From a virus: a stretch of DNA of 64,000 bases. Position numbers and translations under genes: made by a program. The notes below the pieces were generated by a model. It saw nothing but the letters and a program-made list of their open reading frames with translations, had not been told where the DNA came from and made no database searches. Location of the stretch: the IMG/VR virus record IMGVR_UViG_3300031087_000014; one strand, given 5' to 3'. Of this stretch, positions 25,754 to 34,818 are shown piece by piece (positions within the stretch are counted from its first letter, which is position 1; every line of letters begins with the position of its first letter).

Positions 25754-25951
25754 ATGAACCCGAACATTTATACATTATGGCTGGACGATCACAAAGTAGA
25801 ATCAACTCTCTCATACACTGAGGCAAAGAAGAAGTTTATGGAGTGGATCGATTTCACCAAAGAAAACAATGTCGCTTATCAAGCGGTAATCGTAACTAAG
25901 AATATGGAGGTATTACTTGAATATCGAAGGTCGAATCCCACTGCCAAATGA
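25754..25951 (+). CDS. hypothetical protein
   Basis: 65 aa; coupled to upstream stop. Confidence 0.6.
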   Translation: MNPNIYTLWLDDHKVESTLSYTEAKKKFMEWIDFTKENNVAYQAVIVTKNMEVLLEYRRSNPTAK

Positions 25952-26180
25952 GACTGTGTTTGAGGCGAAGGAAGTCTTTTACACTTGCATTGGCAAAGGT
26001 GGCTTGTATCGTATCGTTGGTCGAGCGCGTGGAGCGGGTAAGTCTCGTGAGACAGGCGTGATCGTAGTATACGAAGATGTTAACTCGTTAGAGCATATGC
26101 CTTTCTTCCGTACTCTGGAGGACTTCCAGGATCGTATGCAAGAGGTGGACATTGATGAAGCAATCGCCGCTCAAGAGTAA
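25917..26180 (+). CDS. hypothetical protein (DUF1653-like)
   Basis: KGGLYRIVG...VVYE...FFRTLEDF pattern. Confidence 0.5.
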   Translation: MNIEGRIPLPNETVFEAKEVFYTCIGKGGLYRIVGRARGAGKSRETGVIVVYEDVNSLEHMPFFRTLEDFQDRMQEVDIDEAIAAQE

Positions 26181-26520
26181 CACAAAGAAAGCAGCCCCTA
26201 AAAAGGCTGCTCCAAAGAAACGCGCACCAGCGAAACCAAAAGTCAACCGGACTTTAAAGGTAGCGAAGGAAGCGCCTAAGAAAAAGAATAAGTTTGATAC
26301 AGAAGCGTTTACTTTTAGTACGCCTATAGAACACATTGAAGCAGCGCTGGAGCGCCTGGATAAACAGGACGCAGATCCAATGGCTGAACCATTTACAAAA
26401 GATGAAATCTATTGGATGGTGGTGTGGACGGAAATGTTACCGGAAGCTAAAAGACGTAAAATGACGCACGTCCCTTGTTGTGCGAAAGAACGCGCTGTTT
26501 TGAAGTTACCTAAATTATAG
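26152..26520 (+). CDS. hypothetical protein with Lys/Ala/Pro-rich N-terminus
   Basis: KKAAPKKAAPKK repeats. Confidence 0.65.
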   Translation: MMKQSPLKSNTKKAAPKKAAPKKRAPAKPKVNRTLKVAKEAPKKKNKFDTEAFTFSTPIEHIEAALERLDKQDADPMAEPFTKDEIYWMVVWTEMLPEAKRRKMTHVPCCAKERAVLKLPKL

Positions 26521-26529
26521 GAGGATGAA

Positions 26530-26886
26530 ATGAAACCAGACACTATCCTGTGGTTGGATGATGTACGTGACCCTAAAAACTTTGGTATGGAAGGTGCTGT
26601 CTGGATCAAGACATTCTCAGACTTCGAAAATACTCTTCATACCTTGATCGAAGCGATGCAGGATGATAATATCGTTCACATCAGTTTTGATAATGACCTG
26701 GGCACTGAGGAAGAAGGGTATGATGGATTCTGTATCTTGGAGGAGTATCTTCATATGGGATACTTCGAAGGGCTGAAAAAGATCACAGTACATTCATCAA
26801 ACCCTAGCGCAGTTCATAAGTTTATGTTAGTATCTCGGGCAATGAAGGCTCACTTTGATATTGACCTTTTACGTACACCACTTTGA
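26530..26886 (+). CDS. cyclic-phosphate-processing receiver-like domain protein
   Basis: LWLDDVRDP, ISFDNDLG and VHSSNP motifs. Confidence 0.7.
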   Translation: MKPDTILWLDDVRDPKNFGMEGAVWIKTFSDFENTLHTLIEAMQDDNIVHISFDNDLGTEEEGYDGFCILEEYLHMGYFEGLKKITVHSSNPSAVHKFMLVSRAMKAHFDIDLLRTPL

Positions 26887-26895
26887 GGAGTAATT

Positions 26896-27810
26896 ATGAT
26901 TGACGTTAGCGTAGTTCTGGAATACCTTAAGGATTACCGCGAAGAACTGAAACAACCTATGGATCGTGTGCTGGCAAGAAAGGCATTGTTCACCAACGGT
27001 GTTCCAGTAATGAGCTTCGAGGAGATGGTTTCCTTTGATAGTGATGTTTTCGACGAAATGTTTGAATACTACATCACAACAGGACGTAAGCCAAGTCGCC
27101 GCCCTATATTGGAGCGTATTTACCCTTGGTTTGGATATGTAAAAGGTAATGTGTATTGGGGCAAAGCTGTAGATGTTGAGCGGCGTGCTCTGAGAAAAAT
27201 GCAGATGAAAGACTTGCATTACTCGGAGGATAATGTACACTTCGTATCGGATGTTCATTTCTTGCATAAGAATATCATCCATCACAACCGAAACAACATC
27301 TCAAACATTGATGAAATGCATCATCTGCTGATTGAAGCGTGGAACAAACAAGTGGGGCCAAACGATTTGGTGTTTGACTTGGGGGATCTCACCTTGGGTA
27401 GTATGACTAAGGGATTGGAATTACTTAAGCAGTTGAATGGCTTTATTATTCATCTGAAAGGAAACCACGTTAGTGAAAAGGAATGGGAGTATTACGATAT
27501 GAATCTCCCTAAACAAAAGTTTGTTGACAGTAGCTACTTATGCAGTACAATCAACGGGCAGAAGATTGCAATGTGTCACTTCCCGATTCTGAGTTGGGAC
27601 GATATGCACCGCGATAGCTGGCACCTGTTTGGTCACTGTCACGGAAGTAATGCAATGGAGCAGCATATGGGCAAGGCGATGGATGTTGGAGTAGATGCAA
27701 CTGTAGGCATTACTGAATCACTCCGTCCTGTCTCTATGGCAGAAGTAAGAACAGTTATGGCTGGCAAAAGAATTGTTAGCTGGGATCATCACGAAGTAGG
27801 AGGAAACTAA
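26896..27810 (+). CDS. calcineurin-like metallophosphoesterase
   Basis: SDVHF, LGD, GNH and GHCHG motifs. Confidence 0.85.
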   Translation: MIDVSVVLEYLKDYREELKQPMDRVLARKALFTNGVPVMSFEEMVSFDSDVFDEMFEYYITTGRKPSRRPILERIYPWFGYVKGNVYWGKAVDVERRALRKMQMKDLHYSEDNVHFVSDVHFLHKNIIHHNRNNISNIDEMHHLLIEAWNKQVGPNDLVFDLGDLTLGSMTKGLELLKQLNGFIIHLKGNHVSEKEWEYYDMNLPKQKFVDSSYLCSTINGQKIAMCHFPILSWDDMHRDSWHLFGHCHGSNAMEQHMGKAMDVGVDATVGITESLRPVSMAEVRTVMAGKRIVSWDHHEVGGN

Positions 27811-27811
27811 T

Positions 27812-28834
27812 ATGAGCAATATCAAATACCCGAGCACAAACCAGTTCCGTCAGGTAGTTAAGACAATGAAAACTCAACTGGAGTATGATCATTATAATCC
27901 AGAGACGCAGGAACACGTCACAAAGATTCCAGAAACGTATGTGATCCCTTACATCGGTACTGTGAAGATTCACGGCACCAACGGTAGCGTACTTTTCCGC
28001 TCAGAAACTGATTTCATCTTCCAATCAAAAGCCCAGCAGGTAGACATTGGGAAAGATAATGCCGGATTTGCAGCGTTTATGCATCGCAAAGATATGGATC
28101 TTCTGCTGGCGCGAGTACGTAAAGTATGTGAGGATCATAACGTAACATTTGAGTTCCCTGTCGAGATTGCTGGAGAGTGGGCAGGTCGTGGTATTCAGAA
28201 AGGCGTTGCTGTTACTGAGGTTGAACCATTCTTCGCTGTATTCCGTGTTGCAGTAGGTGAGCGTCCTAATGGCGGTCTGAAATGGCTTCCGACAGATATC
28301 ATCGGGCCAGTGTCTGATAATGAAAACCGGATCTTCAACATTCTACAGTTTGGCTTTGTTCCACTGGAGATTGACTTTGAAAATCCTCAGAATGTACAGA
28401 ACACCCTCGTATCTCTGACAGAAGAAGCAGAGAAAGAATGTCCGGCAGGTAAGTTCTTTGGTGTGTCTGGTATCGGTGAAGGTTATGTTTGGACTCCTGC
28501 TGATCCATCTCTGGCTATTGACTCTGGCTTGTGGTTTAAAGTGAAAGGCGATAAGCACTCTGTTTCTAAGGTTAAGACCTTGGCGGCAGTAGACCCTGAA
28601 CGTATGGCAAACATCGCTGAGTTTGTGGAATATGCCGTAACTGAAAATCGTCTGGAGCAGGCTCTGGGTGAAGTAGGCTTGGATAAGACCAAGATCGGAG
28701 AGTTTGTTAAGTGGATGTCTACAGACATTCTTAAAGAGGAAGGCGATGTTATGGAAGCCTCCGCTCTAACAATGAAAGATGTTGGTAAGAACATCTCTGA
28801 TAAATCCCGTAAATGGTATATGGCTAAACTGTAA
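27812..28834 (+). CDS. RNA ligase 2-like protein
   Basis: KIHGTN motif I; GEWAG; GEGYV; FKVK. Confidence 0.8.
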   Translation: MSNIKYPSTNQFRQVVKTMKTQLEYDHYNPETQEHVTKIPETYVIPYIGTVKIHGTNGSVLFRSETDFIFQSKAQQVDIGKDNAGFAAFMHRKDMDLLLARVRKVCEDHNVTFEFPVEIAGEWAGRGIQKGVAVTEVEPFFAVFRVAVGERPNGGLKWLPTDIIGPVSDNENRIFNILQFGFVPLEIDFENPQNVQNTLVSLTEEAEKECPAGKFFGVSGIGEGYVWTPADPSLAIDSGLWFKVKGDKHSVSKVKTLAAVDPERMANIAEFVEYAVTENRLEQALGEVGLDKTKIGEFVKWMSTDILKEEGDVMEASALTMKDVGKNISDKSRKWYMAKL

Positions 28835-28847
28835 GAGGAGAATTAAA

Positions 28848-29972
28848 ATGCAAGTAACTGACTTCCTGAAAACACCTGGTAACTCTCTGACCCTGTTAAC
28901 TCTGTCTACAGGCATAAAAGTGAAAGAATATCCAGAAGAGGGCTTATACGTCCTAAACTATGACCAGATAGATAGTCCAAAGACACATCCTCTGGTTATG
29001 GAGTGCCGAGCACTGATCCTTGACAGGGAGTTTAATGTGGTTGCTCGTTCATTTGACCGATTCTTCAACCTGAATGAAGCGCCGGATACACAGGCGCATT
29101 TAGATTGGGATATTGCTGAGATTGCTGATAAAGTAGATGGTAGTCTAATCAAACTGTACTACTGGAACGGTGCTTGGCGCTTCTCTACTCGTGGCACAGC
29201 ATTTGCTGAAAGCCAGTGTATGAATAGTGAATACACATTCCACGATCTTTGCGTCAAAGCTTCTAACGCTAGTTATATGGAAGAGGTAGAGGCGTCAGCA
29301 GAACTGGCTGATCTTGACCAGGGAGTTACATACCTACTGGAGCTTACTTGTCGTGAAAACCGAGTGGTAACAGTATATGAGGGCTATCATCTGCACTTCT
29401 TAGGTGCTCGTCGTAATGACACTGGTGAATATGTGACTGTCCCTAATAGTGCATTATGGGTGATGAACTGGAAAGCTGTTAATAAGTATAAGTTTAACAG
29501 TGCTCAAGCTTGTAAAGAGACAGCCGAAAAGCTTCCTAATCTGGCAGAAGGTTATGTTGTTTACCAGAATGGCATCCCTGTTTGTAAGGTGAAGTCTCCA
29601 GCATACGTTGCTGTCCACCATCTCCGAGGTAACGGTATCCCTTCTTTGAAGCGTATTGTTGATTTGGTTGCTGTGGGTGAAGAAGACGAGTATCTTACTT
29701 ACTTCCCAGAGGACAGAAAGTACTTTGATCCGGTGACTCAAGCTAAGGCTTGGATTATCAATCAGGCTGATGCTATGTGGCACGTAGCTAAAGATATTGA
29801 GGAACAGAAGAAGTTTGCCATTGTGGTGAAAGATCTGTCCTTTGCTTGGTTGCTGTTTCAAGCAAGAAAGGTAAACAAGGAGCCGTCTGAGGTGTTCAAC
29901 TCCGCTCCGCTGGAGAAGCGATCTAAGACAATCCTGAACTATGTCGAAAAAGCAGGGAATGCTTTGAAATAA
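28848..29972 (+). CDS. RNA ligase 1 (T4 RnlA-like)
   Basis: ECRALI, RFFN, KVDGSLI, EGYV and KVKS motifs; start MQVTD at 28848. Confidence 0.85.
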   Translation: MQVTDFLKTPGNSLTLLTLSTGIKVKEYPEEGLYVLNYDQIDSPKTHPLVMECRALILDREFNVVARSFDRFFNLNEAPDTQAHLDWDIAEIADKVDGSLIKLYYWNGAWRFSTRGTAFAESQCMNSEYTFHDLCVKASNASYMEEVEASAELADLDQGVTYLLELTCRENRVVTVYEGYHLHFLGARRNDTGEYVTVPNSALWVMNWKAVNKYKFNSAQACKETAEKLPNLAEGYVVYQNGIPVCKVKSPAYVAVHHLRGNGIPSLKRIVDLVAVGEEDEYLTYFPEDRKYFDPVTQAKAWIINQADAMWHVAKDIEEQKKFAIVVKDLSFAWLLFQARKVNKEPSEVFNSAPLEKRSKTILNYVEKAGNALK

Positions 29973-29981
29973 GGAGGAAAA

Positions 29982-30386
29982 TTGAAGAATTTCTATATCA
30001 TTCGTGGTGTATCTGGGAGTGGCAAGTCCACTCTCGCTAAAACAATGTCTGAGGCTCTTGGAGCTTCACATTTAGAAGCTGATATGCTGCTATACAATAA
30101 CCAAGGAGAATACGTCTGGACAAAAGAAGGCGTATCTGAGGCACATCGACAGACTGCGATTCATCTGTATCACTTAATGGAGTCAGGTGAGTCTAATATA
30201 ATTCTGTCCGATACCTCTGCAAAACAAAAAGATATGCAAAAATACCTTGATCTGGCTAAAGAGAAGGGTTACACTACGACAGTGATTGTAGTTGAGAACC
30301 GTCACGGCGGTAAGTCCATTCACGATGTAAGCGAGGAAACACTAGCTAAACAACGTGATCGTATCCGAAGCACTATTTCACTCTAA
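29982..30386 (+). CDS. P-loop kinase (polynucleotide kinase-like)
   Basis: RGVSGSGKST; directly after the RNA ligases. Confidence 0.7.
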   Translation: MKNFYIIRGVSGSGKSTLAKTMSEALGASHLEADMLLYNNQGEYVWTKEGVSEAHRQTAIHLYHLMESGESNIILSDTSAKQKDMQKYLDLAKEKGYTTTVIVVENRHGGKSIHDVSEETLAKQRDRIRSTISL

Positions 30387-30397
30387 GGATAAAATAT

Positions 30398-30631
30398 ATG
30401 TTGATTAAAGAACTTAGTCCTGGTACAGTATACAAACTGAAAGACGAACACTTTATTCAAAACAAACTGATGGTGATTGCAGTCCCATATGACATTGAAA
30501 TTGTCGATAAAGAGTTTGGGGCACCTGTTTGTGCTGGACTAGCGTCTATTGATTTGGTAACATTCGAACTCGTTCAGTGGCAAGGCCACGAAGAACAAGA
30601 AGCAACTTTACTTACAGAAGGAGATGAATAA
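30398..30631 (+). CDS. hypothetical protein
   Basis: 77 aa ORF. Confidence 0.6.
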   Translation: MLIKELSPGTVYKLKDEHFIQNKLMVIAVPYDIEIVDKEFGAPVCAGLASIDLVTFELVQWQGHEEQEATLLTEGDE

Positions 30632-30864
30632 TGTCAACAGCAATCTATGTACGTGGTGAACGTGGTGATCAGAACCTGTTTTCTTTCAACGATGATGTTT
30701 CTATCTACGATATTCGTCGTGAGATGGAAGATTTTATCCGCGAAGTACGAGGCTTTGTTCTGGCAGAGTTCCTTATCAGTACAACCCGAGGTGATTACTG
30801 GTATATGGACATTGAAGGGCTGGTGAATGATATTGGTGAGTTTTCTGTGGAGATGAACGGCTAA
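30631..30864 (+). CDS. hypothetical protein
   Basis: 77 aa; TAATG coupling. Confidence 0.65.
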   Translation: MSTAIYVRGERGDQNLFSFNDDVSIYDIRREMEDFIREVRGFVLAEFLISTTRGDYWYMDIEGLVNDIGEFSVEMNG

Positions 30865-31061
30865 TGCATACTGTTCCCGATTTTGAGGTCGGGAATATCG
30901 TCAAGCTACTATCTGGCGGTGTTCCAATGACTGTTCAAGAAGTCTTCGATAATATGTGTAGTGTTATCTGGATGGATTTGAAAGGCGAGATGAAAACTAC
31001 TCGCGTTTATAAATCTGTGTTACGGCATCTGAATGACGAGGAGTATCAATGGAACAAGTAA
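30864..31061 (+). CDS. DUF2158/YodC-like protein
   Basis: FEVGNIVKLLSGGVPMTV. Confidence 0.7.
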   Translation: MHTVPDFEVGNIVKLLSGGVPMTVQEVFDNMCSVIWMDLKGEMKTTRVYKSVLRHLNDEEYQWNK

Positions 31062-32365
31062 AAACAACCCTATATGCTTTAAACAAAGATGAAAGCTTTC
31101 AACAGTGGAAGGTATTCACTGTGGGCAGCACTATTGTTGTAGAGTTTGGGAAACTCGGTGGTAAGATTCAAGTTAAGCGCACGGAAGCTAAACCTAAGAA
31201 TGTAGGTCGAGCAAATGAAACAACAGCCGAGCAGCAAGCAGTACTGGAAGCTATTTCTAAATGGGAAAAGCAGGTTCGTACTGGATACCGTGAATCTACC
31301 GAAGAGCTTGAAACTGTCGAGCAATTCTCTCCGATGCTTGCTCACGATGGGAATAAGCGTAGCCACGATATTGTGTATCCTTGTTATGTTCAGCCGAAGC
31401 TGGATGGTTTACGTTGCCTGGTTACTTTTGATGTATTTGGTAATCCTATTTTCAATAGTCGTGGAAATAAGACATACCCAATCCAAGGAAAGATAGCCGA
31501 ACAAATGACAGAGTTGCGTGACAAGACGATGAATACGATCTTTGAAAATCGCACACCGATGTTTGATGGTGAAGTTTATCTACACGGGCTGAGCCTACAA
31601 AAGATTGTAGCTCTGGCTAAGAAGTGGCGTACTCACGATGAAATTGAGATCGAAATTGATAAGGATTTCGAGGCAGATAAGAAACGTCGAGCAAAAGCTA
31701 TTGCAGCAGGGGAAACTGTATGGAAGAACTTTGCTAAGCGCGAGATTAGCGTGGAAGTAGAGCCAGTACGTGACACTGATCGATACAATGGTTATGAGAG
31801 TGCGGATCTCCAGTTCCATATCTTCGATATTCCTGATTCGAAGAAGAAATGGTACGTCCCTAAACCAGATGACCAGGTAGAATGGGCTGATAGTCGATAC
31901 ACTGATCTATTCCTCATTGGGCTGGAAGCTAGTGGTATGTCTCACTTACGTTTTGTTAAAGGTAAGGTGTTAGAGACAGAAGAGGCTGTTAAGCTTTACA
32001 TTGGTGATTATATGGAGCAAGGTTATGAGGGCGTAATCGTCCGTAACTTTGATGGTGTCTACTTATTCAACCAACGATCATCGGATCTGATTAAGTGGAA
32101 GATTTTTCAGACGATTGAAGCATTTGTTTTTGGATTTGAGATTGACAAGAACGACGAAGTTCTGTTACACTGCCGTCTTCAATCTGGAGTTGAGTTCAAA
32201 GTGAAAATGAAAGGCACCCACGCCTACCGAGCAAACTGTATGTATCTGGTAGGTAGTTTCATCACAATTAGCTTCCAAGCTTATACTGATGACGGAGCAC
32301 CTAGCTTTGCAACTGGACTCACTGAACGTGATGTTAACCCTGACACTTGGGAGGTATTAGAATAA
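31049..32365 (+). CDS. lig: ATP-dependent DNA ligase with N-terminal WGR-like domain
   Basis: QPKLDGLRC, FDGEVY, FHIFD and YEGVIVR motifs. Confidence 0.9.
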   Translation: MEQVKTTLYALNKDESFQQWKVFTVGSTIVVEFGKLGGKIQVKRTEAKPKNVGRANETTAEQQAVLEAISKWEKQVRTGYRESTEELETVEQFSPMLAHDGNKRSHDIVYPCYVQPKLDGLRCLVTFDVFGNPIFNSRGNKTYPIQGKIAEQMTELRDKTMNTIFENRTPMFDGEVYLHGLSLQKIVALAKKWRTHDEIEIEIDKDFEADKKRRAKAIAAGETVWKNFAKREISVEVEPVRDTDRYNGYESADLQFHIFDIPDSKKKWYVPKPDDQVEWADSRYTDLFLIGLEASGMSHLRFVKGKVLETEEAVKLYIGDYMEQGYEGVIVRNFDGVYLFNQRSSDLIKWKIFQTIEAFVFGFEIDKNDEVLLHCRLQSGVEFKVKMKGTHAYRANCMYLVGSFITISFQAYTDDGAPSFATGLTERDVNPDTWEVLE

Positions 32366-32547
32366 TGTTTACTACCGCACTTATCGTGCTGTCTATTATG
32401 TGGTTGGTAATGTTTGTCTACTACATTATCAATACAACGAATGAAACTACCACAGCAGCAATCGTAGGTATTGGTGTGGCATATTTTGCCGGATGTGGTG
32501 TAGCGGATTTCATCTTAAAAGCAGCAACCTGGATTGCCCAACTATAA
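32365..32547 (+). CDS. small two-TM membrane protein
   Basis: Two hydrophobic helices. Confidence 0.6.
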   Translation: MFTTALIVLSIMWLVMFVYYIINTTNETTTAAIVGIGVAYFAGCGVADFILKAATWIAQL

Positions 32548-32584
32548 TTAGAGGGCTTCGGCCCTCAGTAAGGAGAGATTTTTA

Positions 32585-33322
32585 ATGGCTAAGAAGTTTT
32601 ACAAAGAACAACGCAATCACTCAACATTCTTCCAGAACGCAGCAGAACGTGTAGTAAGCTGGAACGCGATTGCAATGAACGAATCCCCGAGCAACTACGA
32701 AAAGTTTGCTGAGAAGTTCACCCACGAGAAGTTTGTTCATCAGATTTCTCTGGTAGAAGAAGAACTCAAAGAGTACCGTGATGCATTCCAAGCACAGGAT
32801 CAGGTAGAGATGTTGGATGCAGCCGCAGATATCTTTGTTGTATCAGGATTCCTGACTTATATGTTCTTCGGCCCCGCTATTCTTAATGAGTTTATGAAAT
32901 ACGGTGTAGCAGATCATCTGGCAAGCGATCCCTACGAAACACTGTGTCGTTCTCGGGAAGTACTTGACAGTTCAGATCAGACAGCATTCCTGATGGCGGC
33001 AATCTTCCGCTCTTCTCGTGACTCGCTGGTAAAAACTGTTCACGATGGTAAAGGAGCTATTCTGGAAGTGTTACGTAGTAACGACAGTAAGTTTCCTACT
33101 GAGCAACAGCTTCGTGATAGCCACCAGCTTCTTACCGAAGATATCTCAGAGGTTCTTGAGGCAGAATTAGCTTGGATTAAAGAAAACCGTACCGAATATT
33201 CTGACTTCTCTGTTGTTTACAACGAAGAGTTTGAGGTGTATACTTTCCTCGATGGTAATGGTAAGTATATGAAACCATCTACTTTCAGTCCGGCAAACCT
33301 CAAGCCGTTTATGGTGGAGTAA
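32585..33322 (+). CDS. MazG-like NTP pyrophosphohydrolase
   Basis: EEELKEY...EMLDAAADI and GKYMKP motifs. Confidence 0.7.
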   Translation: MAKKFYKEQRNHSTFFQNAAERVVSWNAIAMNESPSNYEKFAEKFTHEKFVHQISLVEEELKEYRDAFQAQDQVEMLDAAADIFVVSGFLTYMFFGPAILNEFMKYGVADHLASDPYETLCRSREVLDSSDQTAFLMAAIFRSSRDSLVKTVHDGKGAILEVLRSNDSKFPTEQQLRDSHQLLTEDISEVLEAELAWIKENRTEYSDFSVVYNEEFEVYTFLDGNGKYMKPSTFSPANLKPFMVE

Positions 33323-33606
33323 TGAGTTACAGTGCTCAAGCAATGCAATACCAGTTGATGCAAATCATTAAGCAGTTGAAGGCTGCTGGTATTGATGATA
33401 TAACTACGGAAGATGTTTCTTTGAAGCACTCTGTGAGAGGTAAGCTGGTAGTAAGATTCAACACGGAAGAGCAATGGCTCGATAATCCTGAGAACAAAGC
33501 CAGCGCTGCACAAAAAGTAATGAAGCAAGCATATAAAGGTTGCAAGCTTCCTGACTGTGTAGTAGAGTACGAAAAGGTTAAATACCTCGTTAAAGTAATC
33601 AAATAA
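33322..33606 (+). CDS. hypothetical protein
   Basis: 94 aa; coupled. Confidence 0.65.
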   Translation: MSYSAQAMQYQLMQIIKQLKAAGIDDITTEDVSLKHSVRGKLVVRFNTEEQWLDNPENKASAAQKVMKQAYKGCKLPDCVVEYEKVKYLVKVIK

Positions 33607-33649
33607 TTATAGGGCTGGCAACAGCCCTTCATTAACAAAGGAGAATATT

Positions 33650-34528
33650 ATGTCATTCGCAAAAACTTTCAAATCTGTTGTTACTCTGGAACTGACCGAA
33701 GCTGTTGACCTGAACGCAATCAACAATATCACGGATCGTCCGTTTGAGTATGTACCTGCTGGTGAATGGGAAGCAGAGAGCATCGGTCTGATTCATATCG
33801 ACGGTGAGTTTGTGAAAGAGTTCGCTGGTCTGCAAGTGATTAACATCGGCTCCAGTGTTAAGAAAGTTAACAAGAAAAAAGTGAAGCGTCTGGTTAAAGA
33901 ACGTGTAGCTGAGATGCAAGCGCAGTATGCTGAAAACAACCCAGGCGAAACCCTGAAAGTTAGCAAGGAAGATAAGGATATTATCGCAGAAGAAATCGCA
34001 TTTTCTCTGCTGCCAGAGACAGAGGTTGACGAGTTTGAAAACCTGCTGATCGTGGATAAAGAAAACCAGCAAGTATTCGTTGTCAACACCAGCAAGAAAG
34101 CTAGCGAAAAGCTGACTGACTTTGTGCGTGACCTGATTGAAAGCTTCCCTGTGGAAGGTATTGTGAAAGACGAGTCAATGGTAGTGAAAGGTTTCTCTGA
34201 ACTGCTTACTGGCGATATCACTACCCGTTTGGCGCTGGGCAACTACATCAAACTGGCTGACGCTGACGGTGTTGTTGTCTGGACTAAAGAAAGTCTGTAT
34301 CAGTCAGAAGCATCTGAACTGCTGGAGACAGGTAAGCTGGTTCAAGCGATTGGTCTGGATTATGATGCGGTTGTAACTTTCGTGGTGGATACTGAGTTTA
34401 CTCTGAAATCCCTCAAGTTCGATAAGAGCTTTGAGGCAGATGGTACTTTTGAAGCGAACGTACTTGCAATCGTAAATGAACTTCGTGGCATCATCAAAGA
34501 TCTAAAAGAAGAAACTTTTAGCGAATAA
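33650..34528 (+). CDS. rdgC: RdgC-like recombination-associated protein
   Basis: EEIAFSLLP, GKLVQAIGL and VTFVVDTEFTLKSLKF resemble RdgC. Confidence 0.7.
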   Translation: MSFAKTFKSVVTLELTEAVDLNAINNITDRPFEYVPAGEWEAESIGLIHIDGEFVKEFAGLQVINIGSSVKKVNKKKVKRLVKERVAEMQAQYAENNPGETLKVSKEDKDIIAEEIAFSLLPETEVDEFENLLIVDKENQQVFVVNTSKKASEKLTDFVRDLIESFPVEGIVKDESMVVKGFSELLTGDITTRLALGNYIKLADADGVVVWTKESLYQSEASELLETGKLVQAIGLDYDAVVTFVVDTEFTLKSLKFDKSFEADGTFEANVLAIVNELRGIIKDLKEETFSE

Positions 34529-34531
34529 GTA

Positions 34532-34561
34532 TTGACACGCTCAGTCTAGTTATGTTAAGAT
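34532..34561 (+). promoter_or_regulatory. sigma70-like promoter
   Basis: TTGACA-18-TAAGAT. Confidence 0.55.
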
Positions 34562-34602
34562 GCCCTTCTAGTAACGAAGGGCTTTTTATTAGGAGACTCA
34601 CA

Positions 34603-34800
34603 ATGAAACGAATCATCCTCGCAATCGCATTAATGACTTCATTCTGTGCCGCAGCGCAACAGACTACATTAATCCTTGAAGCAGAGTACATCAGCGGTAA
34701 CGCCAAATATTGTGTATATTCTAATGCTAGCCATACAGAGACTGTTGAGGTCAGCGAGAATTCACAATGTCGGCATACGGAGACTTTCGATGCCGATTAA
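34603..34800 (+). CDS. small exported protein
   Basis: Signal peptide MKRIILAIALMTSFCAAA; two Cys in the mature part. Confidence 0.7.
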   Translation: MKRIILAIALMTSFCAAAQQTTLILEAEYISGNAKYCVYSNASHTETVEVSENSQCRHTETFDAD

Positions 34801-34818
34801 CATCACTAGGAGGATGTT

